A stretch of 64,000 bases of DNA from Hydrolagus colliei (lineage: Eukaryota): NCBI GenBank assembly GCA_035084275.1, contig CM068742.1:83700001-83764000 (forward strand), in the 5' to 3' direction. Below are positions 52,755 to 64,000 of this stretch, one piece after another. Position 1 is the first letter of the stretch. Each line of letters begins with the position of its first letter. The notes beneath the pieces are model-generated. The model did not search any database. It saw only the letters and a list, made by a program, of their open reading frames with translations, and had not been told where the DNA came from. The position numbers and the translations under genes are program-made.

Positions 52755-53158
52755 CAGTAAATGCTTTATTATCCAGCACCCTCGGGACCCGACCGTCACC
52801 AGTAAATTAAATATGCCGGATATTCAAGCGGGGAGTTGTCGAAAATCCTACACAAAATATTAACTTATTTTAAAACATACCATATTAATAATAAACTAAA
52901 TAATAACAGAATATTGTATGGATACTTACCAATAAAGCATTCCATCACTCTCGGTAAAATGATCGGTAAAAAAAGCATTCCAGTGTTTGGTAAGTTTAAT
53001 AAGTGTGCATGCACAAGCATGCGCAAAATGAGCATACCGTGAGTGTCCCGGATGGCTACGGTATGATATCCAGTAGGTGGAATGGTGAATTGTATTGGGA
53101 GATACCAGTTGGTTGATCGTTCTGGTTGGTTGGGTGCCGGATAACCAAGCTTTTACTA
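52755..53158. mobile_element. pogo/Tigger-like MITE (family A)
   Basis: TA|cagtaaatgctttattatccagcac ... ccggataaccaagcttttacta|TA. Confidence 0.85.
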
Positions 53159-53173
53159 TACTGGAGTTCGAGG

Positions 53174-54028
53174 TAGGGAACGGCGATATGGGAATTTTCC
53201 AGATATGGATATATTGGTTGGCTCATATCGAGATATATCGACATTTTCAGTTTTTTCGTACTGCGCATGCGCGCGCGCATCGGAGTGCGCGCGCATTCCG
53301 GGTGCGCGTGCATTCGGAACCTATCTTCTCAGGGGGTAAATATCTTTCTCTCTCTGTGTCTCTCACTCTCTCCAACTCTGTGTTTTTCTGTCTGTGTCTC
53401 TCTATGCCTCTCTCCCCTCTCACATCCCCCCCCATCTCTATCTATCTGTATATTATAACATCCACCCCGTTTCCCCCCCCCCCCCCCCCCCCCCCACCTC
53501 CCCCCCCCCCCGCCGTCCCTCTCTCGCACCCCCCACCCCCCACCCCCGTCGGCTCTCTCCCCCACCCCCAGCCGTCTCTTTCTCTCCTCCTCCCCCCCCC
53601 CCCCCCCCCCCCCAGCCGTCTCTCCCCCTCTCCTCCTCCCCCCAGCCGTCTCTCTCCCCCTCTCCCCCCCCCCCAGCCGTCTATCTACCCCTCCCCCCAG
53701 CCGTCTCGCTCCCCCTCACCCCCGCTCCAGCCTTCTCTCTCCCCCCTCACCCCCCCACCCACAGCCGTCTCTCTCCCCCCACCCCTTGCATACCTGTATA
53801 TTGTATTCGAGGACTATGAATACAAGATGGCGGCTTTGCACCTCGGTCTGTGCATTGTGTATAGAGATGAGCATTCTGGGTCTTGTAGTTGATTGTGCTC
53901 GCATCCCGATTTTTTACCTCGATATACCGTTTTTCGATATATCGGTATTTTTAAAATGTCTATATCGGCATATCGATATGAAAATCATATCGGGTTTTAG
54001 CGATATACCGATATATCGCCGTTCCCTA
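53174..54028. mobile_element. hAT-type MITE copy 3, opposite orientation to copies 1 and 2
   Basis: Perfect 16-bp TIR tagggaacggcgatat / atatcgccgttcccta; perfect TSD GTTCGAGG at 53166-53173 and 54029-54036. Confidence 0.96.
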
Positions 54029-54116
54029 GTTCGAGGTTGTTAGAATTGAAAGGAAAAACTGAATGCTACAAGGGTAAAATAAAACCTTACCTCTTATGTA
54101 TTCCCAGCATTTCTAC

Positions 54117-54225
54117 CAGCATCTGAAATAGAAAAATAGGTTAACGTTTTGGGTTCTGATAAAGGGTCTCACCCGAAACGTAAAGCCTACTTTTCCTCTT
54201 TCAGATGCTGATTGATGTACTCTGG
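54117..54225 (+). mobile_element. Penelope-like inverted repeat with a degenerate hammerhead core
   Basis: Arms cagcatctgaaa...aacgttttggg / cccgaaacgt...tttcagatgctg around CTGATaA-agggt-ctc-accc-GAAAC. Confidence 0.6.
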
Positions 54226-54231
54226 ATTTAT

Positions 54232-54360
54232 AATAATAATTATCCTTGCATTTGAAATAGCACCATATCATTTCTTTGAAATTTCTCAAAGCGCTTCACA
54301 GAATATACTGTAAAGTGAATTGACTGCATATTTTGATGATGAAACGCAGCAGCCAATTGG
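54232..54360 (-). mobile_element. SINE 3' part
   Basis: Reverse complement of the family tail and core. Confidence 0.8.
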
Positions 54361-55504
54361 GCAATTCTGTGTTAATGGAATTACAATTCAGAGAAATTTT
54401 CGCCATAATTTTACATGCTATGGATTAGTCTTAACGTCTAACTGATTAACAAAACATTTATAAGGTCGGGTGATACCCCTGTTATCATATCAAAATAAAA
54501 AATTGGATACCTCTTGCATATGGAAGGCTCCAAGATCAAAAGAATGTTGGTAATGGAATTACATCAGAAAATTGGGTATGATTTTTCCCTCAACTTTCGA
54601 AAAAATTTCGATTGAACCAAATTTTTATGCAAACCACTGAAGTTATTGAAAAACGTTTTTCTGTTCCTTGTTAAGTAGACATTTGTTCACACAAGACATG
54701 TAATTTCATAGAGATTTGATAACTTTTAAATTTGCTGTTTTTGTCCTCTCCCGTGCGGAATTGCCCAAATGTGCTCAACAGTGTCCCACAACTAGTTGTG
54801 GATTGCTTGATCAAATTATTACTATTTTTAAGGGATTATTACGCCAATAATGTAAGGCATTAAATTAAATGTGAAAAATAATGTTCAAAAGGCAGAATCA
54901 ATTAGTTTACCCAACAAAGCAACATTCAGGTGACATCCTCCTGGGCAAAACTCAGCTGCACCGTATATAACAATTAAAATCTTAATTTCTACAACTTCCT
55001 ACTATCATTTTCTATCTGTGTGATCCATCAGTTTACATTCAAAAACTAGACACAATGGTTCAGCCCAGAGGCAAAGGAGCGATGATTACAGAAATCTGAT
55101 CTTTAGGGCTGGAGACAACCATCACTGATATAATTATACTACTTTTGCTGCATTTGTATTACATGAAAGTGAAGCATTACAGTGTTTCAAGCAAAATCAC
55201 ATTTTGACATGATTTGCACGGTTTAACAAATGTAGAAAAAAAAGATTACCCGACACTATTCAATAAAGACAGTACTCCATTAACACTTATTTTTAAAAAC
55301 ATGCTGGTGCTGTCTGCTGTATTTAAATTTGTCCCCACTATTCTTCACTCAAATTAACGAATGGGGAACAGTTTTTCATTAGCATGACATCCTGTGAATC
55401 AGTTCTTCATTCTACAGTACTTAAAAATAAATGGTTGGTAAAGTATTTTCCGTATTAAACACTTCATAATTTCTCTCCTTTAAAAATGGAAGCTTTATCT
55501 GGGA

Positions 55505-56800
55505 TCATAGAATCATACATCACAGAAGAAGACTACTCTGCTCATCGTGTCTGTGTCGGCTCTTCAAAAAAAGCTGTCCAAAGCAATCCCACTTCCCTGC
55601 TGTCTCCCCATAGCCCTGCAAACTCGTCCTCCCAAATAATTATCTATTTCTCTCTTGATAGTTGCTATCAAATCAGCTTCCACCACCCTTTTAGGCAATG
55701 CATTCCAAATCCGAAAAACTTGCTGTGTGAAAAAAATTCTCACTTTCCCACTGTTTCTTTTTAACAACTATTTTAAATTGGTGTCCTCGGGTTACCGACC
55801 CTCTCGACAGTAGAAATAGTTTCTCCCTGTTCACCCTATCAAATCCCCTCATAATTTAAAAAACTTCTATTAAGCCTTCTCTTAACCTTCTCTTCCCCAA
55901 GGAGAATAATCCAAGCTTCTGTAGCCTCTCCTGATAACTAAAGTCTAAATAAACGTTAAGGTATGTCTTGGCAAAGGTAAATCTTTGGTAAATCTCCTTT
56001 GCACCCTCTCCAATGCCTTGACATCCTTCCTAAAGTGCAGTGCCCAGAATTGAACACAGTATTCCAGCTGTGGCCTATCCATCCAAATGTTTTATAAAGG
56101 TTCATCACAACTGCCTGACTTTTGTATTCAATACTCTAATTTATAACAACAACAATAACAAAATTACATTTATAGAGCATCTTTCACTTTGGGAGGTCTT
56201 CCCAAGGTGCTGGCCTTATAAAGCCTAGTATCCCATATACTTTTCAACAGGTTTATTTCCATATCCTGCCACCTTCAAAGATTTAATTACATTAACCCCA
56301 GGTCTCTGTTATTTCACCCCTTTACGATTGTACCATCTATCGTATAACGCCTCTCCTCATTCTTCCTCCCAAAATGCATCATTTTGCATTTCTCCACATT
56401 AACTTCATCTGCCACAGGTCTGCCCATTTTACCAGTCTGTCTATGTCCTCTTGCAGTCTGCTCCTATCTTCATCAACATGTACTATTTTTCCTAGCTTAG
56501 TATCATCTGCAAACTTAGAAATGTTGCACTTTATCAAATGTCTTTTTAAAATCCACATAAACTACATCAACTGCACTACCTTCATCCACCCTCTATTATT
56601 TCATCAAAAACTATCAGGTTTGTTAAACATGATTTTCTTTTTAACAATTCCATATAGGCTGTCCTTTATTAACTCATATTTTTCTAAGTAAAAATTTATA
56701 TTGTTCAGAGTATAGTCTCGAGAAGTTTTCCAACTACTAATGTTAGACTGAATGACCTGTAGTTCCTGGCTTTACCCTTCTGTCCCTTTTTCTTCAGAGG
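55505..56800 (-). mobile_element. CR1 3' portion
   Basis: FFTQQVFRIWNALPKRVVEA (55564..55767); FADD and WQMKLMW remnants; atcatagaatcata end. Confidence 0.88.
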
Positions 56801-57067
56801 AGTAACAATTTACAAAACCCAGCAGCCAATTAAGCACCACAGTGTGCCACAAACAGTCGTGGATGGAGTGACTAATTTATTATAACAATTTTTTGGAAGG
56901 AATTATTACCCCCGGAAAAGCGAAAGTACAGGTGAGGATGCAGGAGACACGAGTTTTGGATGAGTTGCTACTTCTGAATGGCAGAGCTAGGAAGACCAGA
57001 GAGGAGTACATTGGAAATGTGTAACTGGGATGTGTGGAAGGCATGAAGTAACAAGCGTATTGAATAA

Positions 57068-57375
57068 GTAATAATAATATTCCTCACATTTGATATGGTG
57101 CCTTATCGCCTATTTGAGACGTCTCAAAACACTTCACAGAATTACTCTAAAGTGAATTGAGTGCATATTTTGTGGGCGAAACGCAGCAACCAATTGCACA
57201 CTGCGGTGTCCAACAAACAGTCATGGATTGAAATGACCAGATATTTTTAAGAAATGATCACCCCAGGAAAAGCAATCCACTAATCACCTAACAACTGAGT
57301 TCTTACTTACTGCTAGGTAAACAGAGGCGTATGGCTCTGCTGAGAATCAAACCCAGATCTCTCGCTTGTGAGGCC
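57068..57375 (-). mobile_element. SINE, long-core variant
   Basis: Tail and core on the minus strand, extra segment tgtttacctagcagtaagtaagaac, and head gggtttgattc. Confidence 0.8.
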
Positions 57376-58189
57376 AGGTCAGAGCCAGAAGAGAGAAGGC
57401 CAAGCAGAATGGCTTCCATCTTCTCCTTATTAAGTTGGAAAGCTAGAAGTGTATCACTAAGGTGTTAATTGAATGTCACTGGCAACACATCAAGCACCTG
57501 AGATTACAGTATATCCTGTGTAGCACTTTGAGACATCCTCTACTTGAAAGATGCTACATCAAATGCAAGGATAATTACAACTACTGTACCAATAAATAGA
57601 TTGGGTATGCTTATCTTTTCATTTACAAGTCATAAAACAGCAATGAAATGAATAATTAATGCTTTCCACTCCAATTTTTAAGGCATCTAAAACCAATCAC
57701 CATTATGAAATCTTCATTTGCAAAACCTAATTATGAACATGCACAAAATCACTCCAGAGGTCCACGGTTCTTTTGTCCAGCTGTGAAAACAATGATAAAA
57801 TAACCCCACCCCCGGCAGGATTGTCCACCACCACCATTGCAAACAATCCACGGGCTAACAGTTCGGCCACCCTGATCTAAGTTATCAGTCCAATGCAATG
57901 ATGGGGGTGAGGGGAGGAGGAGGGAATGCTTCATTAGCGGAGGTGCGTCCCTTCAGGTGGGATGCTAAACCTGAGTAAACCCAAATAAAATTGCTCATTC
58001 ACTTGATGACTGTTTGTGGGGCGTTGCCATATTTGCTTAAACACACCAGGCGCTTCATTTCACTGTAAATCCCGTGAATCACTTTGAGGCATCCTTCAGA
58101 CATGATAAATCCAAGGATTATTATTATAAACCACCTAAATCTGTCAAAAAGATAAGAGGTGGAGGAGAGAGGGGGGAGGGAGGAGAAAC

Positions 58190-58643
58190 CGTGAGGTCAT
58201 TGTAGTGTCACGTCACTCCCACTAGCCACACGTCAGGAACATCCGGGACATTACAGACGGCCACTAAGACAAGACACCACAGCTGACCAATTAAAAGCAT
58301 GGAGGGCGGGACAACCGACCAATCGTCGCATAGGGGCGGGACATCCTGCCACGGTGCCGCCTACAGCGCAGTCTTTTGTCTCTCACTCTGGACGGTTGGA
58401 GCCCCCTTCTCTCCCCCCCCCCTTCTCCCACGCGCGGCGACCCAACCTTCCCCCAGCACCCCTTCCACCATTCACTCTCTCGAGCCGGGAACCGACAGCT
58501 CCTCGCGCCGCCAGAGCAGCGTTCCATCCACAATCTTTACTGGCTTTAAAACATTTGAAAACAAACGGTGAGGCCGCTTCACCTCCCAACAGCACCAGCA
58601 CTACTACCCGGGGATGGCGGCACAGCGAGCGACACAGTCTGTT

Positions 58644-58675
<32 letters not shown>

Positions 58676-59500
58676 GGCAAAAACACGGGCCGAGAACATA
58701 CAGTCCCTACTTAATACATCCACCCCCTCCCCCCCCCTTCCTTTCCGCTCTCTTAACGCAACGTAATTTATTATTATTATTGTTGTAATGTGTGTGGCTT
58801 TTAATATCTTTTTTTTAAAAAACTGCGGGGATCTCCACAGGAGATTGCCGACAAAGCGGGAGGAGTGGAAATTGCTCCCCCACAACCTCCCTCCCCGGCA
58901 TCGTGGTTCAATACATGCGGGTTAAACACTCAAGGCAGCGAGCGGCTCTGCCCTGTTCACACGGCACCTCAGTCAGTCAGTCAGTCAACTCGCACATCAT
59001 CGACAAGCCGCGGCCACAAAGCAAACCCGCACCACCACCATAAGCTAGCTGCCCCCCTCCCTGCCCTGTTTTTGTCTCTCGCTCGCTTTCTTGTTGTTGT
59101 TTTCGTACCTATTGTTAATATAAATTACTCGTGTCGTAGCCGCTTCTCTGTCCGCATACTCCTGCTCGAGCCAGGCGTCAACCACCGCTCGCTCGGCTCG
59201 GCTCTCTCGCTTGGTTCATTCCCTTCCTCTCTCTCTCTCTCTCTTCCCCCCCCCCCCCCCCCCGACGCGCGAGCGCGATGGACTCGCCCACGGAGACACT
59301 CACACACATACAGAGCCTAACAATAATAATCACTGCATTTTGATTGCCTCGCCTTTTTGCGCCTTCGAGATGTCCCGAAGCGCTGCACGGAATATACCGT
59401 AAAGTGAATTAATTGTATTATGTTTTTTCCCTCTGGCCTGGGCGAAACGCGGCAGCCCACTGCGCCCCGCAGCATCCCACAAACAGCCGTGGGTTGAAGT
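58190..59500. promoter_or_regulatory. CpG island / promoter region
   Basis: High CpG and GC against an AT-rich background. CCAAT at 58287 and 58319, GGGCGGG at 58304 and 58334, CRE/E-box-like gtcacgtca at ~58207. Confidence 0.85.
59109..59290 (-). other. RNF38: Candidate non-coding first exon of RNF38
   Basis: Minus-strand AG|GTACGA donor at 59108 inside the CpG island, upstream of the RNF38 exons. The 5' boundary is a guess. Confidence 0.5.
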
Positions 59501-59800
59501 GACCACAATATTTTTTTTTAAAAAAGGGATAAAAAATATTATTCTTATCCCCGGAAAAGCGACCCGCCAACAGCAGCTAACAACAGCAGCTTTGCTTTAT
59601 ACAGCGCCCCACGCCGGGCGGCGTCTCAGAGCGCTTCACAGTAGCGGATCCCGGGACCGAGCCAGGGGAGAAAGGTGACCAAAGGCGCGGTACCTGCAAC
59701 AACCGGGTACCTACTCATGCTCAGGTAAATAGGTGTGTGGAGCATGGAAACTTGCCTAAGGTTTCACCCTGCCTGGGAATCAAACTCAGATCTCACTCTC
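59318..59800 (-). mobile_element. Long-core SINE interrupted by an L2 3' end (~59580-59690)
   Basis: CpG-rich tail and core at 59318-59570, head at 59740-59800; the insert matches 3250-3345. Confidence 0.8.
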
Positions 59801-59984
59801 ACGTGAGTGCAATACATAGGACCTTATCACTTTGATATATCACCTTATCATGTCAAGATCTCTCAAAATGCTTCACTATAAAGTGAATCGACTGTGTATT
59901 TTGTAAAAAAAATTATAAGGCGACTATCATGGGAGGAAACCTCAAGGCACCGAAAAGAAGGCATCATTGTTGTGTAAGTTGTGT

Positions 59985-60345
59985 AACGCCTTACAAGCGA
60001 GAGGCCTGGGTTTATTTCCAGGCAGGGCCAAAACTCACACAATTTTCCTTCACATGCCTGATAATAAACCCAAGAAAAAAAACAATAATAAATTGATCAT
60101 TTCAATCCACGAGTGTCTGAAGCAGTATCTGTCCAGTTCCTTGGGATGTCCTCCTGACGTGAAAGGTGCTATAGAAATGTTATGTTGTTTGTGGGACGCT
60201 GCTGTGCACAATTGGCTGCTGCGTTTCACCCACAAATATACAGTACTGTCAATTCACTGCAGTATATTTTGTGAAGCGCTTTGCAACGTCTAGAAGATGT
60301 GAAAAGAGCTATATCAAATGCAAGGATTATTATTATTGTTATTAT
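59985..60345 (+). mobile_element. SINE with an inserted L2 tail
   Basis: gccttacaagcgagaggcctgggttt...; insert cttgggatgtcctcctgacgtgaaaggtgctat. Confidence 0.85.
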
Positions 60346-60638
60346 AGGTTTGCATTGCCCAGGAATGCAAATTGTGCTTGATTTGTTTTAGATCTCGAAA
60401 TGACATCACTGAGAAGCAATCCTAACACACACTTTTCTTGCTTCCCCCCCCCACCAAATAAACCGCTTGAACCGTGAATTATTGAGTTGAACAAATCATA
60501 CCCATGTGATTATGTGATGCATTATGTGATGCATTATGTGGTATTTTTGCACCACATTTCTGATTTCACAAATAAAAAGATCTGTGCTCATATACACTCC
60601 CCTAGAATGAAGGTTCATCACAAAATATGCAGTCATGT

Positions 60639-60960
60639 GGAGTCATATAGCTCAGAGGTTAAAAGCACTTGCTTTGCAAGTGAGAGACACTGGTTCGATT
60701 CCAGGCAGAGCGAAACTTTGGGCAAGTTTCCTTACTCCACTTGCCTAATAATAATCCCTTGAAAATAAAACAATAATAAATTGGTTATTTTCAATCAGGA
60801 CTGTTTGTGGGACACTGCTGTGCACAATTGGCTACTACGTTTTTCCCAAACAGTGAATTCACAAACACAGTGAATTCACTTTACAGTACATTCTGTGAAG
60901 CGCTTCAAGATGTCTAGAAGACATGAAAAGCACTACATCAAATGCAAGGATTATTGTTAT
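60639..60960 (+). mobile_element. Full-length tRNA-derived SINE
   Basis: Head ggagtcatatagctcagagg...ttgcaa...ggttcgattcc, core and tail. Confidence 0.9.
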
Positions 60961-61685
60961 GACCAACAATCCTCCATTCTTTTCATGGCTGTCCGTGGGA
61001 CTTGACTATACGCAAAATGGCTGCACATTAGTCCACAAGAAGTCATTATATGACAATTCAAGATTGCAGTTCAAGATGTTACTACATTGTAAGCATTATA
61101 AAAATAAGTTTATTCATGAATTTTTAAATAAAAATAATTTGTGTGTGAATGTTAATTTGTGGATTGCCTAGTGTGGTGTTCATTGAAATTGTTCACCATC
61201 AGTGACCAAACATCTGTTGCACATTCTTAAATAATTTACTGTTTTAAAAGAAAACTGAAAAAGCAAGATATACTGCTTTCAAAACCATTCTGAAAAATCA
61301 CACCTTGTATCTTTAGGTACCTCTCTTCTTCCCCCCACCCACCCACAGACATCCCACAAGAAATATTCCCTAAACAAAATTACACAGGCTCCAAGTAAGT
61401 CAGCAAAATGCTATAAGAGAATATCCTTGAGTGAAATTGCTCTTTAAGTGTAAATTGTTATTGTTACCTTGTAAAATCCTAAGTCTCTGAACCCTCATCT
61501 AATTATATTTGTAACAAACATTTCCTGATGCTAGAACTTTGATGTTCTGGAACCAAAAGACCCAAGGATACCACCAATAATTAAAAATTGAAATAATACT
61601 TGTAGCTATGTTAAGCAAACTTTCATAAATATAAAAATTACATGTATGACAGCGACAACAAAACTACATTTGGAAAGTGCCTTTC

Positions 61686-63055
61686 AACAACAATAACTCT
61701 GATTTATATAGTACCTTCCACGCCGGACAGCCTCTCAGAATAGTAGATCCCGGGACCGAGCCAGGGGCAGGGGTAGAAAGGTGACCAAAAGCGCGGTCGA
61801 AGAGAAAGGTCTTCAGCTGGGACCTGAAACTGAGAAAAGAGGGGGCAAGACGAAGGTAGTGAGGGAGGGAATTCCAGAGCCTCGGGGCATAGTGGCTGAA
61901 GGCACAACCGCCGAGGGTGGAGCGGAGGATTCGGGGGATACGGAGGAGGCCAGACCCGGTGGAGCGAAGGCAATGGGAGCTGGTTTGAGAAGAGAGGACG
62001 TCAGAGAGGTAGGGGGGTGCAGAGGAGTGGAGGGATTTGAAAACAAGGGTGAGGATCTTGAAGTCAATCCTCTCGGGAATAGGGAGCCAGTGAAGTCTGG
62101 CAAGGACTGGGGTGATAGGGGAGCGAAGTTTGATGCGGGTGGCAGAGTTTTGGATGAGTTGTATTTTATGGATTGTGGTGGAGGGGAGACCGGCGAGGAG
62201 GGCATTTGAATAGTCCAGCCATGAGGTGACGAAGGCATGGCCCAGAGTTTCAGCGGCTTTTGGGGTGAAATATTGCTGGAGACGGGCAATATGTCGGAGG
62301 TGGAAGAAGGCGGTACTGGTGAAGGACCAGATTTGGGGGAGGAAGGACAGTTGGGGGTTGAACCTGACGCCTAGGTTGCGCACAGGTTTGGAGAGTTTCA
62401 GGGGGAGACCAGAAAGGTGGAGGAGGTGAGAGCCATGTGAATGGAGACGTTGACGAGAGCCAAAGAGTATGGCCTCCGTCTTGTCAACATTCAGCTGCAA
62501 GAAATTTGCGCTCATCCAGCTCCTGATGTCTGACAGGCAGGCTGACAGAACATCAGGAGACGGGATCGCAAAGTAAAGTGGAGAATTCGAGTTGGGTGTC
62601 ATCCGCTTACATGTGGAAGTGTACCCCATGACATCCCCAAGAGGGAGCATAAAGATGAAGAAGAGGAGGGGCCAAGGATGGATCCCTGGGGTACCCCACA
62701 GGTAACTGGGTAAGAGCGGGAGGAAAAGCTGTTTGTGGAGATGTACTGCTGGCAGTTTGTGAGATAGGATTCGAACCAGGCAAGAGTGGTCCCACTGAGG
62801 TGGATGGCGGGGGACAGGCGGTGGAGGAGGATGGCGTGGTCGACTTGTGTCAAACGCAGCGGACAGGTCCAGGAGGATCAGGAGGCAGAGGGAGCCCTGG
62901 TCACAGATAGAGAGGACATCGTTTGTGACTTTCACAAGTGCAGTCTCTGTACTGTGGGCAGGGCAGAAACCGGACTGGAGGGGTTCGAAGAGGGAATGGG
63001 AGGAGAGGTGGGCGCGGAGTTGTTTGGCAACAATGCGTTCCAGTGTTTCATGTCC
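61686..63055 (-). mobile_element. L2 LINE, 5'-truncated (RT domain and 3' UTR)
   Basis: ORF 61664..63100 contains LQSGF..AHSTETALVKVTND, LLDLSAAFDT, NFLQLNVDKTE, LHWLPI..RIDFKIL; GVPQGSILGP sits in another frame (frameshifts); (TTG)n tail. Confidence 0.95.
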
Positions 63056-63362
63056 AAACTCAGAAGTCCTCACCGTAGCTAGCCCCACAGCATAAATCAT
63101 TTTATGTCTATTTGATCACCAGATTACTTGTAGGTCCTCAGTAACAGGGGAAACAAACTTTTCTCTCAGTGTTTATTGGCAGTGATGGTACTGAATTCCT
63201 TTTTGGTCTCTGCGGTAGCAAAAGATTGCCTTATGATCCTGGCACCAATGGTGAAAGAGATTTCATCTGAAGTCCCTGGCAGTAGTAGTCTCTTAAATTA
63301 ATGGACAATTTTCTCCACAGTAAACGTTTATTAAATATGCTTCAGTTCAGCTTATACAATTT

Positions 63363-63762
63363 GTTTTTGGTCAGCCCAGTCTGACACATGTGGAAACACA
63401 TCACGATGCTTAAGAGTATCCAAACTAGGGTGAGATTTCCATACATCCCACATGTTTGTGGGACACTGCTATGTACAATTGGCTGCCGCGTTTCACCCAT
63501 AAAATATACAGTAACTTCACTTTACAGTATATTCTGTGAAGCGCTATATCAAATGCAAGGATTATTATTACACATGGAAATTCCAGAGATATATTATTGG
63601 AATGTAATGTGCATTCTCTCTGAGGAGGGATACATTCTGCTTGCGTAATTCCGGAAAGTATTTGGTGCCGGTTGGCAACAGCCAAGGCTTGGAGAACAGA
63701 GTGTTTGTTGGACTACTGCTCGAGTCTAACCAGCTAAAACCCCATAGCTTATCATTGAAATT
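63363..63762. repeat. Unclassified repeat with an inserted SINE 3' part (~63455-63570)
   Basis: Colinear with 21583-21921; the SINE piece is flanked by cacatg direct repeats. Confidence 0.75.
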
Positions 63763-64000
63763 GCTGCCAAATTCAATTTATACAGCTGCCACTGCATAAG
63801 GCTAAAGCCAATCAGAAGTCAATGTAGTCACACATTTCTACATATTTCATGTCCCAATTCAGTCTCAATGTTATGTAGAATGAAGCTACCAGCAGAAGTG
63901 GAAATATCCATGTTATCCATAGAAGCTAACATACAAGTACAGTCGTACAGTATACATTAACTGCATCTGGTGGGAGCTCTAGTATGTAACTAGTTCAGTG

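Noticed and set aside
61664-63100. 478-aa ORF as an active RT or host gene
   Set aside because: It is a 5'-truncated L2 with compensating frameshifts; the PQGS and YADD regions are out of frame.

Overview
This is AT-rich, repeat-dense vertebrate DNA, not prokaryotic. The L2/CR1 LINEs and a tRNA-head Deu-domain SINE suggest a cartilaginous fish, probably a chimaera (inference). The only host coding sequence I can support is two minus-strand exons of RNF38, a RING E3 ligase (3652-3845 and <1-190). The ORF track misses both. About 55 kb upstream is a CpG island (~58.2-59.5 kb) with a probable non-coding RNF38 first exon (minus) and a candidate opposite-strand promoter and exon. The rest is intronic or intergenic and full of nested elements: a decayed Ty3/Gypsy (Mag-like) retrotransposon whose 3' LTR carries a CTCF-like site, CR1 and L2 fragments, many SINEs and two pogo/Tigger-like MITE families. 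There are also three intact hAT-type MITEs (16-bp TIR, perfect 8-bp TSD) carrying copy-specific G-rich repeat arrays and YY1/NRF1-like motifs. Other points of interest are degenerate Penelope-type hammerhead motifs, covarying 3' stem-loops shared by SINE and L2, and an unclassified four-copy repeat. Most ORFs in the track are spurious. All calls were made by eye, so boundaries of old fragments are approximate.
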